Shown here in pieces: positions 7,630 through 17,471 of a DNA stretch of 64,000 nucleotides. The notes beneath the pieces were generated by a model. It was not told where the DNA came from. It did no database searches and was given only the letters and a program-made list of their open reading frames with translations. This DNA comes from Acidobacteriota bacterium (GTDB lineage: Bacteria > Acidobacteriota > JAAYUB01), in the NCBI GenBank assembly GCA_040768985.1, contig JAXGLX010000002.1, positions 4,160,637-4,224,636 of the forward strand. Direction: 5' to 3'. The stretch's first letter is position 1, and each line of letters begins with the position of its first letter. Made by a program: the position numbers and the translations under genes.

Positions 7630-9138
7630 ATGAAGCGCAGAACCGTATGGACGACTGTCGGCTCGATCCTCCTGGCGGCGGCTCTGCTCGCGATCCAGAT
7701 CCCGGCCGCCGACTGCACCATGGTGGGCGCCACCGGGCGCGCCACCCGCGACGGCGTGACCATCCTGGGCAAGAACCGCGATTACCCCGTCAACTCCGGC
7801 CAGATCCTCCACTTTCAGCCGGACGGGGAACACCCCGCGGGCGCCACGACGGCGATGCAGTTCATCACCATCGCGGCCGCTCGCCAGACCTGGCAGCTGC
7901 TCGGTTTCAAATCCATGGACGAGCGGAACCGGGACGACCGGCTGTGGCGCTGGGGTGTGGGGATGGGCATGAACCGCCACCAGGTGAGCGTGGCCAACAA
8001 CGACGGCAACACCTGGGACACCTTCGACGGGCCGGCCCTCCACGACAACGACATCACCCGCCTGATCCTGGAGCGCTGCCGCACCGCCCGGGAGGCGGTG
8101 GACCTGGTGGACGAGCTCATCGCCCGCCATCACAGCCGGGTCCCCGAAATCTACACCGTCGCCGATCCCGCCGAGATCTGGATCATCGAGACCACCGGCA
8201 ACCGCTGGGCGGCCGTCCGCGTGACTGACGGCGTCTGCGTGCGGGCCAACCGGTTCGAGATCACCGACCCCGACCTGCCCGACGATTCGGACCGGTTCCG
8301 GCTGCGCCGCCGCGAGCTCATCGAGCACGCCCGCGCCCGGGGGCAGTACCGCGAGGAAAACGGGCGGTTCAGCTTCCGGCTCTCGTACAGCAGGGACTAT
8401 CACGGCCCGGACAACACCCATTACAACGAGATGCGCTACCGCCGGGGCATGGAGCGGATGCGGCTCATCGAGGGGCGGGTCACGGTGGAGGGGGTCGCCG
8501 CCGTGCTCCGGGATCACTTCGAGGACTGGACGTTCGACACCGCCGACGGACGCGCCATCCGGCCGCACACGCCGGGCGCCGACCCCCACTGCGCGATGAC
8601 CGGCTCCCTGCTGGACGGGGCCCCGGTGCGCACCATCTGTTACGGCGGCACCGTGGGTTCGATGATCGCCGTTTCCCAACCCGGCGCGGCCGCCGGCTTG
8701 GGCGGCACCCTGTGGGCTTGCCTGCACCTGCCTTGCCTCAACGCGTACGTCCCGTTCTTCCCGGCGCTGGCTAACCGGCTTCCGGCGGAACTGACCCGCG
8801 CGGGCGGCGCGTACGAGCAGGAGTCGCTGTGGTGGCGTCTGGCCGCCGTGTCGCGGAACCTGGAGGCGCGCTGGGCGGAATCGGGCCAGGCGATCAGCCG
8901 GATCCGCGCCCACTGGGCCAAGCTGGAACGAAAGGAGCTGAAGGAGTGGCGGGAAATCCGCCGGCGCGCCGACGCGCTGGCGCGGCAAGGCAAGGCGGAC
9001 AAGGCCCGGCGGCTGCTCGCCGACTTTAACGCCCGGTGCGTCCGGCGCCTGAGCCGGGGAGCGGACCAGGTGGCGCGCTGGGTGCCCGGCTTCGACGCCG
9101 CGGCTCCGCCACCGGCGTTTTTCGAGCGGCGGTACTAA
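7630..9138 (+). CDS. Secreted Ntn-hydrolase, peptidase C69-like (dipeptidase family)
   Basis: Signal peptide, then a mature N-terminus ...AADCTMVGATGRATRDGVTILGKNRDYP. This matches the C69 pattern CT..(V/L)G.....DGS....ARN.D with an N-terminal nucleophile Cys. Length is about 500 aa. Confidence 0.5.
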   Translation: MKRRTVWTTVGSILLAAALLAIQIPAADCTMVGATGRATRDGVTILGKNRDYPVNSGQILHFQPDGEHPAGATTAMQFITIAAARQTWQLLGFKSMDERNRDDRLWRWGVGMGMNRHQVSVANNDGNTWDTFDGPALHDNDITRLILERCRTAREAVDLVDELIARHHSRVPEIYTVADPAEIWIIETTGNRWAAVRVTDGVCVRANRFEITDPDLPDDSDRFRLRRRELIEHARARGQYREENGRFSFRLSYSRDYHGPDNTHYNEMRYRRGMERMRLIEGRVTVEGVAAVLRDHFEDWTFDTADGRAIRPHTPGADPHCAMTGSLLDGAPVRTICYGGTVGSMIAVSQPGAAAGLGGTLWACLHLPCLNAYVPFFPALANRLPAELTRAGGAYEQESLWWRLAAVSRNLEARWAESGQAISRIRAHWAKLERKELKEWREIRRRADALARQGKADKARRLLADFNARCVRRLSRGADQVARWVPGFDAAAPPPAFFERRY

Positions 9139-10871
9139 TCGGCCGGCCCGGTCCCGGCATCATCCCCACTGAACGGGAAGGCGAGCACCAGCATCCGGCC
9201 GTCGGTGACCAGGTCGTCGCCGGTGGCGTTCCTGGCGGCGCGCGGAAGGTCCGGCCGCTCCAGCCAGCAGACGCCCCGGGGCAGCTCCGTGAACATGAGA
9301 TCGGCGGCGATCTTGTCCCGTTCCCGGTCGATGTGGGGATCGATCTTGTGGTACCAGGACAGGCCGGCCTTCTCCGCCCCGATGCCCACGTCGTGGGTGG
9401 CCGCGGCCAGCCAGGCCGTTTCGCCGCTGACAGGTTCCGGCAGCTTCCAGATCCGGACATGGTGCCGCTTGGCGAAGGTGTTGAGCTGTTTCTGAAACAC
9501 CAGGTCGGGCGGCCGCCCGCCCATCAGGAACGTGGCCACCGGCGCCGTCGAGTAACCCTTCTGTCGCAGGACGGCGAAAAACGTCTTGGCGCCGGAGACC
9601 ATCCCCGTTTTTTCCGCCGGAGTCCAGCCCGCGGCTTCGAAGCTCTGCTGCAATTGTTCGGCGGTTCCGAACAGCGCGATGTTGACGCAGTCGCCGGGAC
9701 GGCCGTCGGCGGACTCGGTGCGGGCGGGGCCGTCGCGGAGCTGCGCGGCGGCCGCGTCGTCGAGCATCAGCTCCGGCCAGGGCGTGACCCCGGCGGGCGG
9801 CTTGAAACGGGCGGGGAGCTGGACCTGGACGGTGAGCTCGGTGCCGGCGGGGTAGTCGATTTCCCGATGATACGTGCGGCCGAAGGCGTACATGGCGCTG
9901 TCGAAGGCGTAGCCCACCGCCGGGTACAGCTTGCCGAGCATGTGGAATCCCATTGAGATGCGGCTGGCGGTGCTGTGCGGGTAGGCGATGCCGATGATCA
10001 GACCATCGCGGACCGTCTCGCGCGCGTTATCCACCGACAGCAGCCGGGTCGTCAGGCCCAGGTGCGAGCCGTCCGGCAGGATCAGGTCGCCCAGATCCAG
10101 CATGAGATTGGCCCGGTCGTAGGCGTCGCGGCACTTCTGGGTGCGCAGCACGGTCCCGCGGATGCGGGTGCCGGCGCTGACCACGGTCTGTCCGTTCACC
10201 GTCACCGGCGCGCAGATGACGCCTTCGACCAGGTCGCCGGCGCGCGACCGGGCGCTGCCGACGGCCGAGGTCAGCCGGATGTCCAGGTTGGTCCCGATGG
10301 GGATGCCGGCTTCCAACAGGGCGCGGAGCCGCGCCATGTCGCCGGCGGCGCTCGCGGCTTCGAGCTGCGCCACCTGCTCCGCCAGGCGCTGGGCGATGGT
10401 GTTGGTCTCGCGACCTTCCGCCCCGTTTTCCAACAGCAGGTCCTGGATGGTCTCGTACGGCGCGTACCCCTCGTAATCCAGCGGCGTGTTCCCGAACACG
10501 TCCCGGCAGTTGGGGTCCGCGCCATGGCGCAGCAGATGCTCCATGACCTCGATACCGCGCTCCTGCTCGGCCCGGCGACCGGCGGTGCTCGCGGTGATCA
10601 CCGCCCAGTGCAGGACGTTGCGGCCCAGGTCGTCCCGTTCATCGACCGTGGCGTCGCGGTCCAGGAGCGAGTCCGCGCGGTTCAGGCGGAGCTTGATTTC
10701 CGCCGGCTTGACCGCGCGGGCGGCGGCGGTCAGCTCCGCCAGCACCGAAGTGGGCGGGGGGAGAGTGTCCTTGCCGCCGGCAACTGTCAGCATCAGCGCC
10801 AGCCAGAGGCAGGCGAGAGCCGGCCCGCGCCGCGGCCGGGAAAGCGCCGACAAAATAATGACGTGTCGCAT
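9135..10871 (-). CDS. Secreted ankyrin-repeat protein with an LssY-like C-terminal domain
   Basis: GGAAGGTG RBS upstream of the ATG at 10871. Signal/TM LACLWLALMLTVAG. At least two ankyrin repeats (DLGRNVLHWAV...LLRHGADPNCRDVFGNTPLDY). The C-terminal 150 aa (CVNIALFGTAEQLQQSFEAAGW...TFAKRHHVRIWKLP...) resemble the LssY_C family. Confidence 0.45.
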   Translation of the reverse strand: MRHVIILSALSRPRRGPALACLWLALMLTVAGGKDTLPPPTSVLAELTAAARAVKPAEIKLRLNRADSLLDRDATVDERDDLGRNVLHWAVITASTAGRRAEQERGIEVMEHLLRHGADPNCRDVFGNTPLDYEGYAPYETIQDLLLENGAEGRETNTIAQRLAEQVAQLEAASAAGDMARLRALLEAGIPIGTNLDIRLTSAVGSARSRAGDLVEGVICAPVTVNGQTVVSAGTRIRGTVLRTQKCRDAYDRANLMLDLGDLILPDGSHLGLTTRLLSVDNARETVRDGLIIGIAYPHSTASRISMGFHMLGKLYPAVGYAFDSAMYAFGRTYHREIDYPAGTELTVQVQLPARFKPPAGVTPWPELMLDDAAAAQLRDGPARTESADGRPGDCVNIALFGTAEQLQQSFEAAGWTPAEKTGMVSGAKTFFAVLRQKGYSTAPVATFLMGGRPPDLVFQKQLNTFAKRHHVRIWKLPEPVSGETAWLAAATHDVGIGAEKAGLSWYHKIDPHIDRERDKIAADLMFTELPRGVCWLERPDLPRAARNATGDDLVTDGRMLVLAFPFSGDDAGTGPAD

Positions 10872-10950
10872 AATGCACCTTCCGGGCGGAGTACGTTTTG
10901 GGAAAGCTCCGACACCGCATTGTAGAAATTGGCGCCGGCGAAGGCAAGGG

Positions 10951-11379
10951 CTACCAGTGGCGGGTGGGATTGCCGCACGGCGGGCCGGAGGTCCGGCAGT
11001 CGGTCGTCGCCGGCCGGCGGCCGCGCCGTCGAGCCAGCCAGCGGTAAGCGGCGTCGCGCAGTGGCCGGGGGACGGCGGTCAGGACGACCAGCCAGGACCA
11101 GGGCGGGTGCAGCCGGCGGACGACCTGCCGGACGGCGTCGGCATGGAGCCGGATCCGGCCGTTGTCGAGACAGGCGACGGTGTCGGCGGGCAGTGCTCCG
11201 GCCGGCTGTTCCGCGATCAGCCGGCGGCCGGCCGCGGATTGACGGGTCACGATGCGCAACCGGCGACGCGGCGATCGCCGGAGTGCCCAGGCGGCCATGT
11301 TCCGGCACATCGAGCAGTCACCGTCGATGAGGATGATCATCGGGAGACGGGATGAACCGGGGCGGTCGGATGGTCGCAT
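10951..11379 (-). CDS. Thiol-disulfide oxidoreductase, DCC family (DUF393)
   Basis: Motif IILIDGDCSMCRNMAAWALRR. Start taken at the internal ATG (MRPSDRP...) rather than the ORF-track start. Confidence 0.55.
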   Translation of the reverse strand: MRPSDRPGSSRLPMIILIDGDCSMCRNMAAWALRRSPRRRLRIVTRQSAAGRRLIAEQPAGALPADTVACLDNGRIRLHADAVRQVVRRLHPPWSWLVVLTAVPRPLRDAAYRWLARRRGRRPATTDCRTSGPPCGNPTRHW

Positions 11380-11515
11380 GGCGCCGCTCCTCCTTCGGAA
11401 TGTTGGATTCATGCCGCCGCCGGACGATTCTGTCTCGCGCCGGGTGCGATGACCCTTGCCTGCACGGGGTCGGGATGTTATGCTGCGCGCATTCATTCCG
11501 GACAGCGAGGTGCAC

Positions 11516-12274
11516 ATGGGCGGACACCCGGCAGGCTGGATGGGGCCCGGGCCCCGTTGGCTGGGAGTCGTACTGATCGTCGCCGCCGTCGCGGTCGGCG
11601 CCGCGAGCGCCGCCGAGGTGACGGGCGAAGCCCGGGTGGGTTTTTATTCCCGCTATTTCTGGCGGGGCCAGCTGCTGAGCGAGGGCGTCGTGCTGCAGCC
11701 CGAGGCGTCGGTCGACGTGTCCGGGTGGTATGCCGGCGTCTGGGCGAACCTCGAGCCCGCGAGCGGCGATACCAACGAAATCGATTTCATGTTCGGCCGG
11801 GCGTGGGCGTGGCGGGGACTGCAACTGGAAGCCGGTTACATCATCTATTGGATCGCGAATTACTCGTCCACCCAGGAAGTGTTTGTCAGCGTAGGCCGGG
11901 ATGGGTGGGTGTCGCCCAAGGTGACGGTCTACTACGATTTCGACGAGGGGGACGGCGCCTTCGTGCAGGGCACGCTGGAACGCGTCTGGCCTCTGTCTCA
12001 TGGCGTTGAACTGGCGACGGGCGCCAACGTGGGCTTCAACATCCAGCACAAGGTCATGGGGCCCGGTGCGGACGCCGAGGCGTTTACCCAGTTCTACAAC
12101 CTGGAGCTCTACTCCGCCCTGTCGGTGCCCCTGAACGAGCGGTTCAGCTTGGGCGGCCAGATCGGGTATTCAATCCCGTTGACGGAAGTGAGCAAGGCGG
12201 CGTTGCGCGGCATCAACTGGGACGGCGAGGCGGATGTGCTGTGGGGCGGCGTGACGCTGACCTGCAGTTTTTAG
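11516..12274 (+). CDS. Outer-membrane beta-barrel protein
   Basis: Signal peptide (WLGVVLIVAAVAVGAASAAEV). Alternating amphipathic beta-strands rich in Y/W/G. C-terminal residue Phe (…GGVTLTCSF), typical of an OMP C-terminal signature. Start ambiguous (11516 or 11540). Confidence 0.55.
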   Translation: MGGHPAGWMGPGPRWLGVVLIVAAVAVGAASAAEVTGEARVGFYSRYFWRGQLLSEGVVLQPEASVDVSGWYAGVWANLEPASGDTNEIDFMFGRAWAWRGLQLEAGYIIYWIANYSSTQEVFVSVGRDGWVSPKVTVYYDFDEGDGAFVQGTLERVWPLSHGVELATGANVGFNIQHKVMGPGADAEAFTQFYNLELYSALSVPLNERFSLGGQIGYSIPLTEVSKAALRGINWDGEADVLWGGVTLTCSF

Positions 12275-12284
12275 CCCGCGGCGT

Positions 12285-14045
12285 GTGACGCAGCCGGAGC
12301 CGGTGGTAGAATGTAAGCCGGTCCGGATCGCCATCGGCCTGATCCAGACGGAGACATGCATCGTGCACATTGAGAATGTTCTGGGGCGCAAACCCGTCGC
12401 GCTGGCCTTGGCGGTGCTGCTGGCGGCCCTCTACCTGATCCACGCGGGCACTTCCAGCATCTGGGATTCCAACGAGGCGTTTTACGTCGAGACGCCCCGC
12501 GAGATGATGGAGCACGGCACCCACCTCGTACCCACCTTCAACTACCAGCCCCGCCTCAACAAGCCGCCGCTGGCCTACTGGCTGGTGATCATCGCGTACC
12601 GCCTGGGCGGCGTGAGCGTATGGTCGCAGCGGATGGTCATCGCCGCTTTCGCCCTGGCGACGCTGCTGGTGGTCTGGCAACTGGCGTTCCGACTGACCGC
12701 CAGCCGGACGGCCGCCTGGGCCGCCGCTGCCATCACGGCCCTGACTCCACGGATCTTTGTCATGGGCCGACGGAGCGTCATCGACATGGTGCTGTTGTTT
12801 TCCATCACGGCCACGATCTACTTTTTCCACCGCTACCTTGAGGAGCGCCGCACCCGCGATCTGGTCTGGGTGGGCATCTGTCTCGGCCTGGGTTTCATGG
12901 ACAAGGGGCCGGTGGCGGTGGCCCTGCCCCTGATCATCGCCGCCGTGTACCTGGTCTGGCGCCGCGAATGGCCGCGGGCGCCCTGGCGCGCCGTCGTCCT
13001 GGCCGCGGGCGCCTTCGCGCTGATCGCTCTGCCCTGGTACGTCGGCCTGGCCCGCACGCTGAGTTTCGATACAATCTACCGCCTGCTGGTGGTGGAGAAT
13101 TTCGGCCGCTTCACCGTCGAGGATTTCGGACCGTCGCGGGGGCCGTTCTATTACCTGCCCATCTTCCTGGCCGATTTCGCGCCGTGGAGCCTGCTGTTCG
13201 TGGCGGGACTGGCGTTGTGGCGTCGCCACTGGCCCCAGCTCAAGGAGCAGGACAGATCCCGGCTCATGCTGCTCCTGATCTGGATCGCCGCGCCGATCCT
13301 GTTTTTCAGCCTGTCCAAAAACAAGCAGGAGTACTACATCCTGCCGTCCTACCCGGCGGCGGCGATCGCGCTGGCGTGGTTGGGCCAGCGCCTGGCCGGG
13401 GCCGTCAAGCCGCAGGGATTGGCCAAATGGGCGCTCCGGGCGGCGTTTCTGTTCGGCGTGGGCATCATCGCGCTGTCGTACGTGGTGGGCCGGCAGATCC
13501 TCGACGACCACGTGCTGCTCACCATCGCCCTGCTGATCATGACCGGCATCATGGTGCTCGGTTGGATCTGGGCGGGCGGCCGCCGGTGGCGGGCGGCCCT
13601 GGCCTTGCCGATTGTCGGGGTGTACGTGTCCTGCCTGTTTCTGGCGTACGAGGTAATCCCGGCCCTGGAGAAATTCCGGCAGGTGCCCCAACTGGCCGCC
13701 ATGATCAACGAGCGCGCCCGGCCCGACGATTATGTGGCGTATTTTGCGACGGCCCTGCCCTCGCTCTGCTATTACACCCGCCGGCCCATTCTGGAACTGT
13801 TCTACGACGGCGAGATCTACAATTTCTTTCAGCGCCGCGAGACGATCTATTGCCTGATGCGGAAAGACAAACTGGCGGTGCTGGACCGGGCGGGGATTCC
13901 GTACCAGGTTCTGGCGGAACGGCCGTTCCTGTCGATCCGGGCCCGCCGGCTGGGCAACATGATCCCCGCCATGTACGCCAATCCGCTGTGCCTGGTGACC
14001 AACCAGCCCGCCGGAGCCGCGCCAGCCACCGCCGCCACTCCATGA
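12285..14045 (+). CDS. ArnT/PMT-family (GT39/GT83-like) membrane glycosyltransferase, undecaprenyl- or dolichyl-phosphate-sugar dependent
   Basis: N-terminal signature WDSNEAFYVETPREMMEHGTHLVPTFNYQPRLNKPPLAYW, then more than 10 predicted TM helices. The track start at 12285 is GTG; an alternative GTG lies at 12363. Confidence 0.75.
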   Translation: MTQPEPVVECKPVRIAIGLIQTETCIVHIENVLGRKPVALALAVLLAALYLIHAGTSSIWDSNEAFYVETPREMMEHGTHLVPTFNYQPRLNKPPLAYWLVIIAYRLGGVSVWSQRMVIAAFALATLLVVWQLAFRLTASRTAAWAAAAITALTPRIFVMGRRSVIDMVLLFSITATIYFFHRYLEERRTRDLVWVGICLGLGFMDKGPVAVALPLIIAAVYLVWRREWPRAPWRAVVLAAGAFALIALPWYVGLARTLSFDTIYRLLVVENFGRFTVEDFGPSRGPFYYLPIFLADFAPWSLLFVAGLALWRRHWPQLKEQDRSRLMLLLIWIAAPILFFSLSKNKQEYYILPSYPAAAIALAWLGQRLAGAVKPQGLAKWALRAAFLFGVGIIALSYVVGRQILDDHVLLTIALLIMTGIMVLGWIWAGGRRWRAALALPIVGVYVSCLFLAYEVIPALEKFRQVPQLAAMINERARPDDYVAYFATALPSLCYYTRRPILELFYDGEIYNFFQRRETIYCLMRKDKLAVLDRAGIPYQVLAERPFLSIRARRLGNMIPAMYANPLCLVTNQPAGAAPATAATP

Positions 14046-14090
14046 CAATTCGCGCGCAGACGCCGTCGCCGCGCCGGCCGCCGCGGACGG

Positions 14091-14702
14091 TCATTCACCG
14101 GCCGCGCCATCCGCGCGGAGGCGCAGGGCGCGGCGGTAATCGGCGGGCGTGTTGACGTTGAACAGCGCCCGGGTCCAGAACGGATCGGCGCCCACGTCGA
14201 TGATGCGGATCGGCACGGCGTCCCAAAAACTGATCATCCGGTGCCGCCCCTGTTCGATGGCCCGCTGGACGGCGGGCAGGCAGCCGCGCCGGTAGACGCC
14301 GAACAGCGGGTGGGCGCCGTCGGCGGCGCGCAGCACCGTCGCCTCCGCGCCGGCGGCCAGCCGCCAGAGCCGTCGGATGGCTTCCGGGCCGATGAAGGGC
14401 ATGTCCGCCGCGACCACCAGGCCGGCCGGCGCGGTCATCGCCTCCAGGCCCGTCCGCAATCCACCCAACGGACCGATGGGGCGCTCTTCGCGGATGAGTC
14501 GCACCCCGGGAAGCTCCGGTGGCGGGATGGCGTCGGGCAAACCCACGATCCAGGTTTCGGCCACGGTGCGGGTCAGGACAGCGGCGATGCGAGTCAGCAG
14601 GGTGCCCTCGTCCCACGGCAGACACAGCTTGCTGCGGCCCATGCGCCGGCTGACGCCTCCGGCCAGCACCAGTCCGGCGGCGGGCAACCGCTGGCCGTTC
14701 AT
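14091..14702 (-). CDS. mobA: Molybdenum cofactor guanylyltransferase MobA
   Basis: LVLAGGVSRRMG nucleotide-binding motif. The internal ATG (MNGQRLPAAG) gives a 4-nt ATGA overlap with fdhD. The upstream 94 codons of the track ORF are an Arg-rich artefact. Confidence 0.75.
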   Translation of the reverse strand: MNGQRLPAAGLVLAGGVSRRMGRSKLCLPWDEGTLLTRIAAVLTRTVAETWIVGLPDAIPPPELPGVRLIREERPIGPLGGLRTGLEAMTAPAGLVVAADMPFIGPEAIRRLWRLAAGAEATVLRAADGAHPLFGVYRRGCLPAVQRAIEQGRHRMISFWDAVPIRIIDVGADPFWTRALFNVNTPADYRRALRLRADGAAGE

Positions 14703-15511
14703 GACGGGCGGACCCGGTTCGGGTGGGTGTACACGTTGCACCGCTCCGCGCGGGCGAATCCCACCAGGGTGACGCCGTGGGCCTCGGCGATCTGGACGGC
14801 GCCGCTGGTGGGCGCCGACCGGGACACGAGCAGCGGGATTCCGGCGCGGATGGTCTTCATGACGATGTCGCTGCTCAGCCGGCCGGTGCTCACGAGCATG
14901 GCGTCGTCGCCGACGGGCCAGCGATTCCGGAGGGCGTGGCCGATGACCTTGTCTGCCGCGTTGTGCCGCCCGATGTCGTCGCAAATCCGCCGGAAATCCC
15001 CCGCCTGCCAGAGCCCGGCGGTGTGCACGCAGCCGGTGTCGCGGAACAGCGGCGAACTGCCGACCAGCCGCCCCACCGCGGCCAGGATCTCGGCGACCGG
15101 GTGGGTGGCCGCCGTGTGGAGCACCGGGAAGCAGGCGGACCAGAGGGGCGACACGCGCGACACGCTCCGTCCGCAGCCGGTGGTGAACGTGCGGACGGCG
15201 TCCGGGGTTTCCATCCGGGCCGGACCGGCCAGGGTGACGGAGACGGCGTGCAGGCGGGGGTTGACCGTGACTTCCCGGACGGTGGCCGGATCATCGAAGT
15301 AGCACTCGCAATATAAAAAGCCGAGCGCCAGCTCCTCGAGTTCCGCCGGCAGGGCCATCAGGCTGGCCGCCTCCGCGCCGTTGACCCAGATACTCACCCG
15401 CGCTTCCTCGACCAGCGGGTCACGCAGCACTTCAACGCCTTTGGCCTGATATCGGATAATCTCGCGCTCGTCCAATGGTGCGGACCTCCACGTGAATGGT
15501 AGCATCGCCAC
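14699..15511 (-). CDS. fdhD: Formate dehydrogenase accessory sulfurtransferase FdhD
   Basis: GRHNAADK motif and full-length FdhD-like sequence. The track start is GTG at 15511; an ATG lies 2 codons in. Confidence 0.8.
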   Translation of the reverse strand: MAMLPFTWRSAPLDEREIIRYQAKGVEVLRDPLVEEARVSIWVNGAEAASLMALPAELEELALGFLYCECYFDDPATVREVTVNPRLHAVSVTLAGPARMETPDAVRTFTTGCGRSVSRVSPLWSACFPVLHTAATHPVAEILAAVGRLVGSSPLFRDTGCVHTAGLWQAGDFRRICDDIGRHNAADKVIGHALRNRWPVGDDAMLVSTGRLSSDIVMKTIRAGIPLLVSRSAPTSGAVQIAEAHGVTLVGFARAERCNVYTHPNRVRPS

Positions 15512-15617
15512 CGGGCCGCCACCAGATGTCCTTTACATGAACAGTATAATATTACACGAATCCGCTTGTGTCCCGGGCGTGATTCTCATAAAATAACACG
15601 CTCCGAATACCGATGCG

Positions 15618-17012
15618 ATGATGGAATGCCAAAACAATCTCTGCTGTGAGGGAAATAGCTTGAATACAACCGCACCGACTCCCAACCGCTGGCTGGTGGC
15701 CATCATGGGCACGCTGCTGATGGTCCTGCTGGGCACCGTCTATGCCTGGAGCTTCTTCCAGAAACCGCTCGTCAACACCTATAGCTGGAGCAACTCCCAG
15801 GTGATGTGGGCGTTCAATCTCGCCATCTGCTTTCTGGGCCTGGCCGCCGCCTGGGGCGGCATCAACCTGGCCAGGTTTGGCCCCACCAAGCTGGCCGTCA
15901 CCGGCGGCGTCCTGTTCGGCCTGGGGTACCTGATCGGCGGTTTCGCACTCAGTCAGCATTCGCTGTGGCTGCTGCTGCTCGGTTACGGCGTCATCGGCGG
16001 ATGCGGCCTCGGGCTCGGCTATGTCACGCCGGTGGCCACCGCGGCCAAGTGGTTCCCCGACAAGAAGGGGCTGGTGACCGGCATGGTGGTCATGGGTTTC
16101 GGCTTCGGCGCCCTGATCATGTCCAAGGTGTTCGCGCCTTTCCTGATGGATTTCACCGGCGGCAACCTGGTCCACGTCTTCCTTTACCTGGGGGTGGCGT
16201 TCCTGGTGCTGTGCGTGATCTTTGCGGCGTTCCTGAAGAACCCGCCGGCCGGTTACGTGCCGGCGGGCTACAATCCCCCGGGCGGCGCGGCCAAGGCCGC
16301 CGCCGACGCCGCGGCGCCCACCGCGCCCCTGTCCCGCTATCTGCTCTCGGGCAAGTTCATCATGATGTGGATCGTGTTCTTCTGCAATATCTGCGCCGGC
16401 ATCGCCGTGATCTCGCTGCAGTCGCCGCTGATGCAGGACATCGCGGCGAAGGCGGACAGCGCTCTCAATATCAAGGCACTGGAGGCCTCCGGTGCCTCCC
16501 CCGAGACCATCGCCGCGGCGGTGGCCTCCCTGGCCGCCATCGGCGCGACCCTGATCGCCATCAGTTCGCTGTTCAACGGATTCGGCCGGTTCCTGTGGGG
16601 CGGCCTGTCCGACAAGCTGGGCCGGACCAACGTGTTCCGCCTGCTGCTCGGCACCCAGCTCATCGCCTTCATCATCATGGTGTTCACCGGCAGCCCCTGG
16701 ATTTTCGGCATCCTGGTCTGCTACGTGCTGCTGTGCTACGGCGGCGGCTTCGGCACCATGCCGAGCTTCGTCACGGACGTATATGGCGCCAAGCTGATGC
16801 CCAACGTGTACGGTGTGATCCTGACGGCGTGGGCCGCCGGCGGCGTCGTCGGCCCGCAGATTTTCGCGCTCATCAAGGACAAGTTCGCCGAGAACGCGGC
16901 GACCTATTCGTTCTACACCGGCGCCGCCTTCCTCGCGGTCGGCCTCGTGTTTTCGCTGTTGCTGAACGACAACAAGATGACGCTCAAAGCCGAAGTCCCG
17001 AAATCAGCCTGA
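15618..17012 (+). CDS. MFS transporter, oxalate/formate antiporter (OFA) family
   Basis: N-terminal NRW motif (TPNRWLVAIMGTLLMV) and 12 predicted TM helices. The family assignment rests on the conserved N-terminus and its position next to the FDH genes. Confidence 0.75.
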   Translation: MMECQNNLCCEGNSLNTTAPTPNRWLVAIMGTLLMVLLGTVYAWSFFQKPLVNTYSWSNSQVMWAFNLAICFLGLAAAWGGINLARFGPTKLAVTGGVLFGLGYLIGGFALSQHSLWLLLLGYGVIGGCGLGLGYVTPVATAAKWFPDKKGLVTGMVVMGFGFGALIMSKVFAPFLMDFTGGNLVHVFLYLGVAFLVLCVIFAAFLKNPPAGYVPAGYNPPGGAAKAAADAAAPTAPLSRYLLSGKFIMMWIVFFCNICAGIAVISLQSPLMQDIAAKADSALNIKALEASGASPETIAAAVASLAAIGATLIAISSLFNGFGRFLWGGLSDKLGRTNVFRLLLGTQLIAFIIMVFTGSPWIFGILVCYVLLCYGGGFGTMPSFVTDVYGAKLMPNVYGVILTAWAAGGVVGPQIFALIKDKFAENAATYSFYTGAAFLAVGLVFSLLLNDNKMTLKAEVPKSA

Positions 17013-17020
17013 TCATCGCC

Positions 17021-17057
17021 CGGCGCCGGGCCGACTGCCCGGCGCCGTCTTTTTTTA
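17021..17057 (+). terminator. Rho-independent terminator after the MFS gene
   Basis: cggcgccgggc-cgact-gcccggcgccg hairpin followed by TCTTTTTTT. Confidence 0.6.
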
Positions 17058-17073
17058 AGGAGCGTGTTGTGCC

Positions 17074-17460
17074 ATGGCGCAAGAAATTCTGATTGTCGAC
17101 GACGATCCGGATCTGGTCACGGTGGTCTCGATCGTCCTCAAGGCCGAAGGGTACGAAGTGAGTTCCGCCGGCAACCGGCAGGCGGCCAAGGAGCGGATCC
17201 TGCAGAAGCACCCCGACCTGATCCTGCTGGACGTGATGATGGACACTCAGACCGACGGATTCGACCTCGCCTACGAACTGCGGGACGATCCGGCCACGCG
17301 GGACATCCCCATCGTCATGCTGACGGCGATGTCCCAGTCGCCCGATTACGTGGAGACTTTCCAGCACATCACCGACCGGCCGTGGCCGGTGAACATCTTC
17401 CTGGAGAAGCCGATTCCGCCCAAGAAGCTCATCGAAACCGTCCGTCAAATCTTGAAATAG
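17074..17460 (+). CDS. Stand-alone response-regulator receiver (CheY-like) protein
   Basis: AAGGAG RBS. ILIVDDDPD...LILLDVMMD...IPIVMLTA with the conserved Asp pocket and phospho-acceptor Asp. No output domain. Confidence 0.8.
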   Translation: MAQEILIVDDDPDLVTVVSIVLKAEGYEVSSAGNRQAAKERILQKHPDLILLDVMMDTQTDGFDLAYELRDDPATRDIPIVMLTAMSQSPDYVETFQHITDRPWPVNIFLEKPIPPKKLIETVRQILK

Positions 17461-17471
17461 TGGATAGAACC

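Noticed and set aside
14095-14625. 176-aa and 297-aa Arg-rich minus-strand ORFs around mobA (14095-14625, 14091-14984)
   Set aside because: Real MobA starts at the internal ATG (MNGQRL..., 14702), giving the canonical ATGA overlap with fdhD. The upstream extension (RRHRAAQRGRQGHRPRPP...) is non-protein-like.
15533-15550. TTTACA plus TATAAT as a sigma70 promoter
   Set aside because: The two hexamers are only 7 nt apart, far from the 16-18 nt optimum. The TATAAT may still be used with a different -35, so only the AT-rich region is reported.
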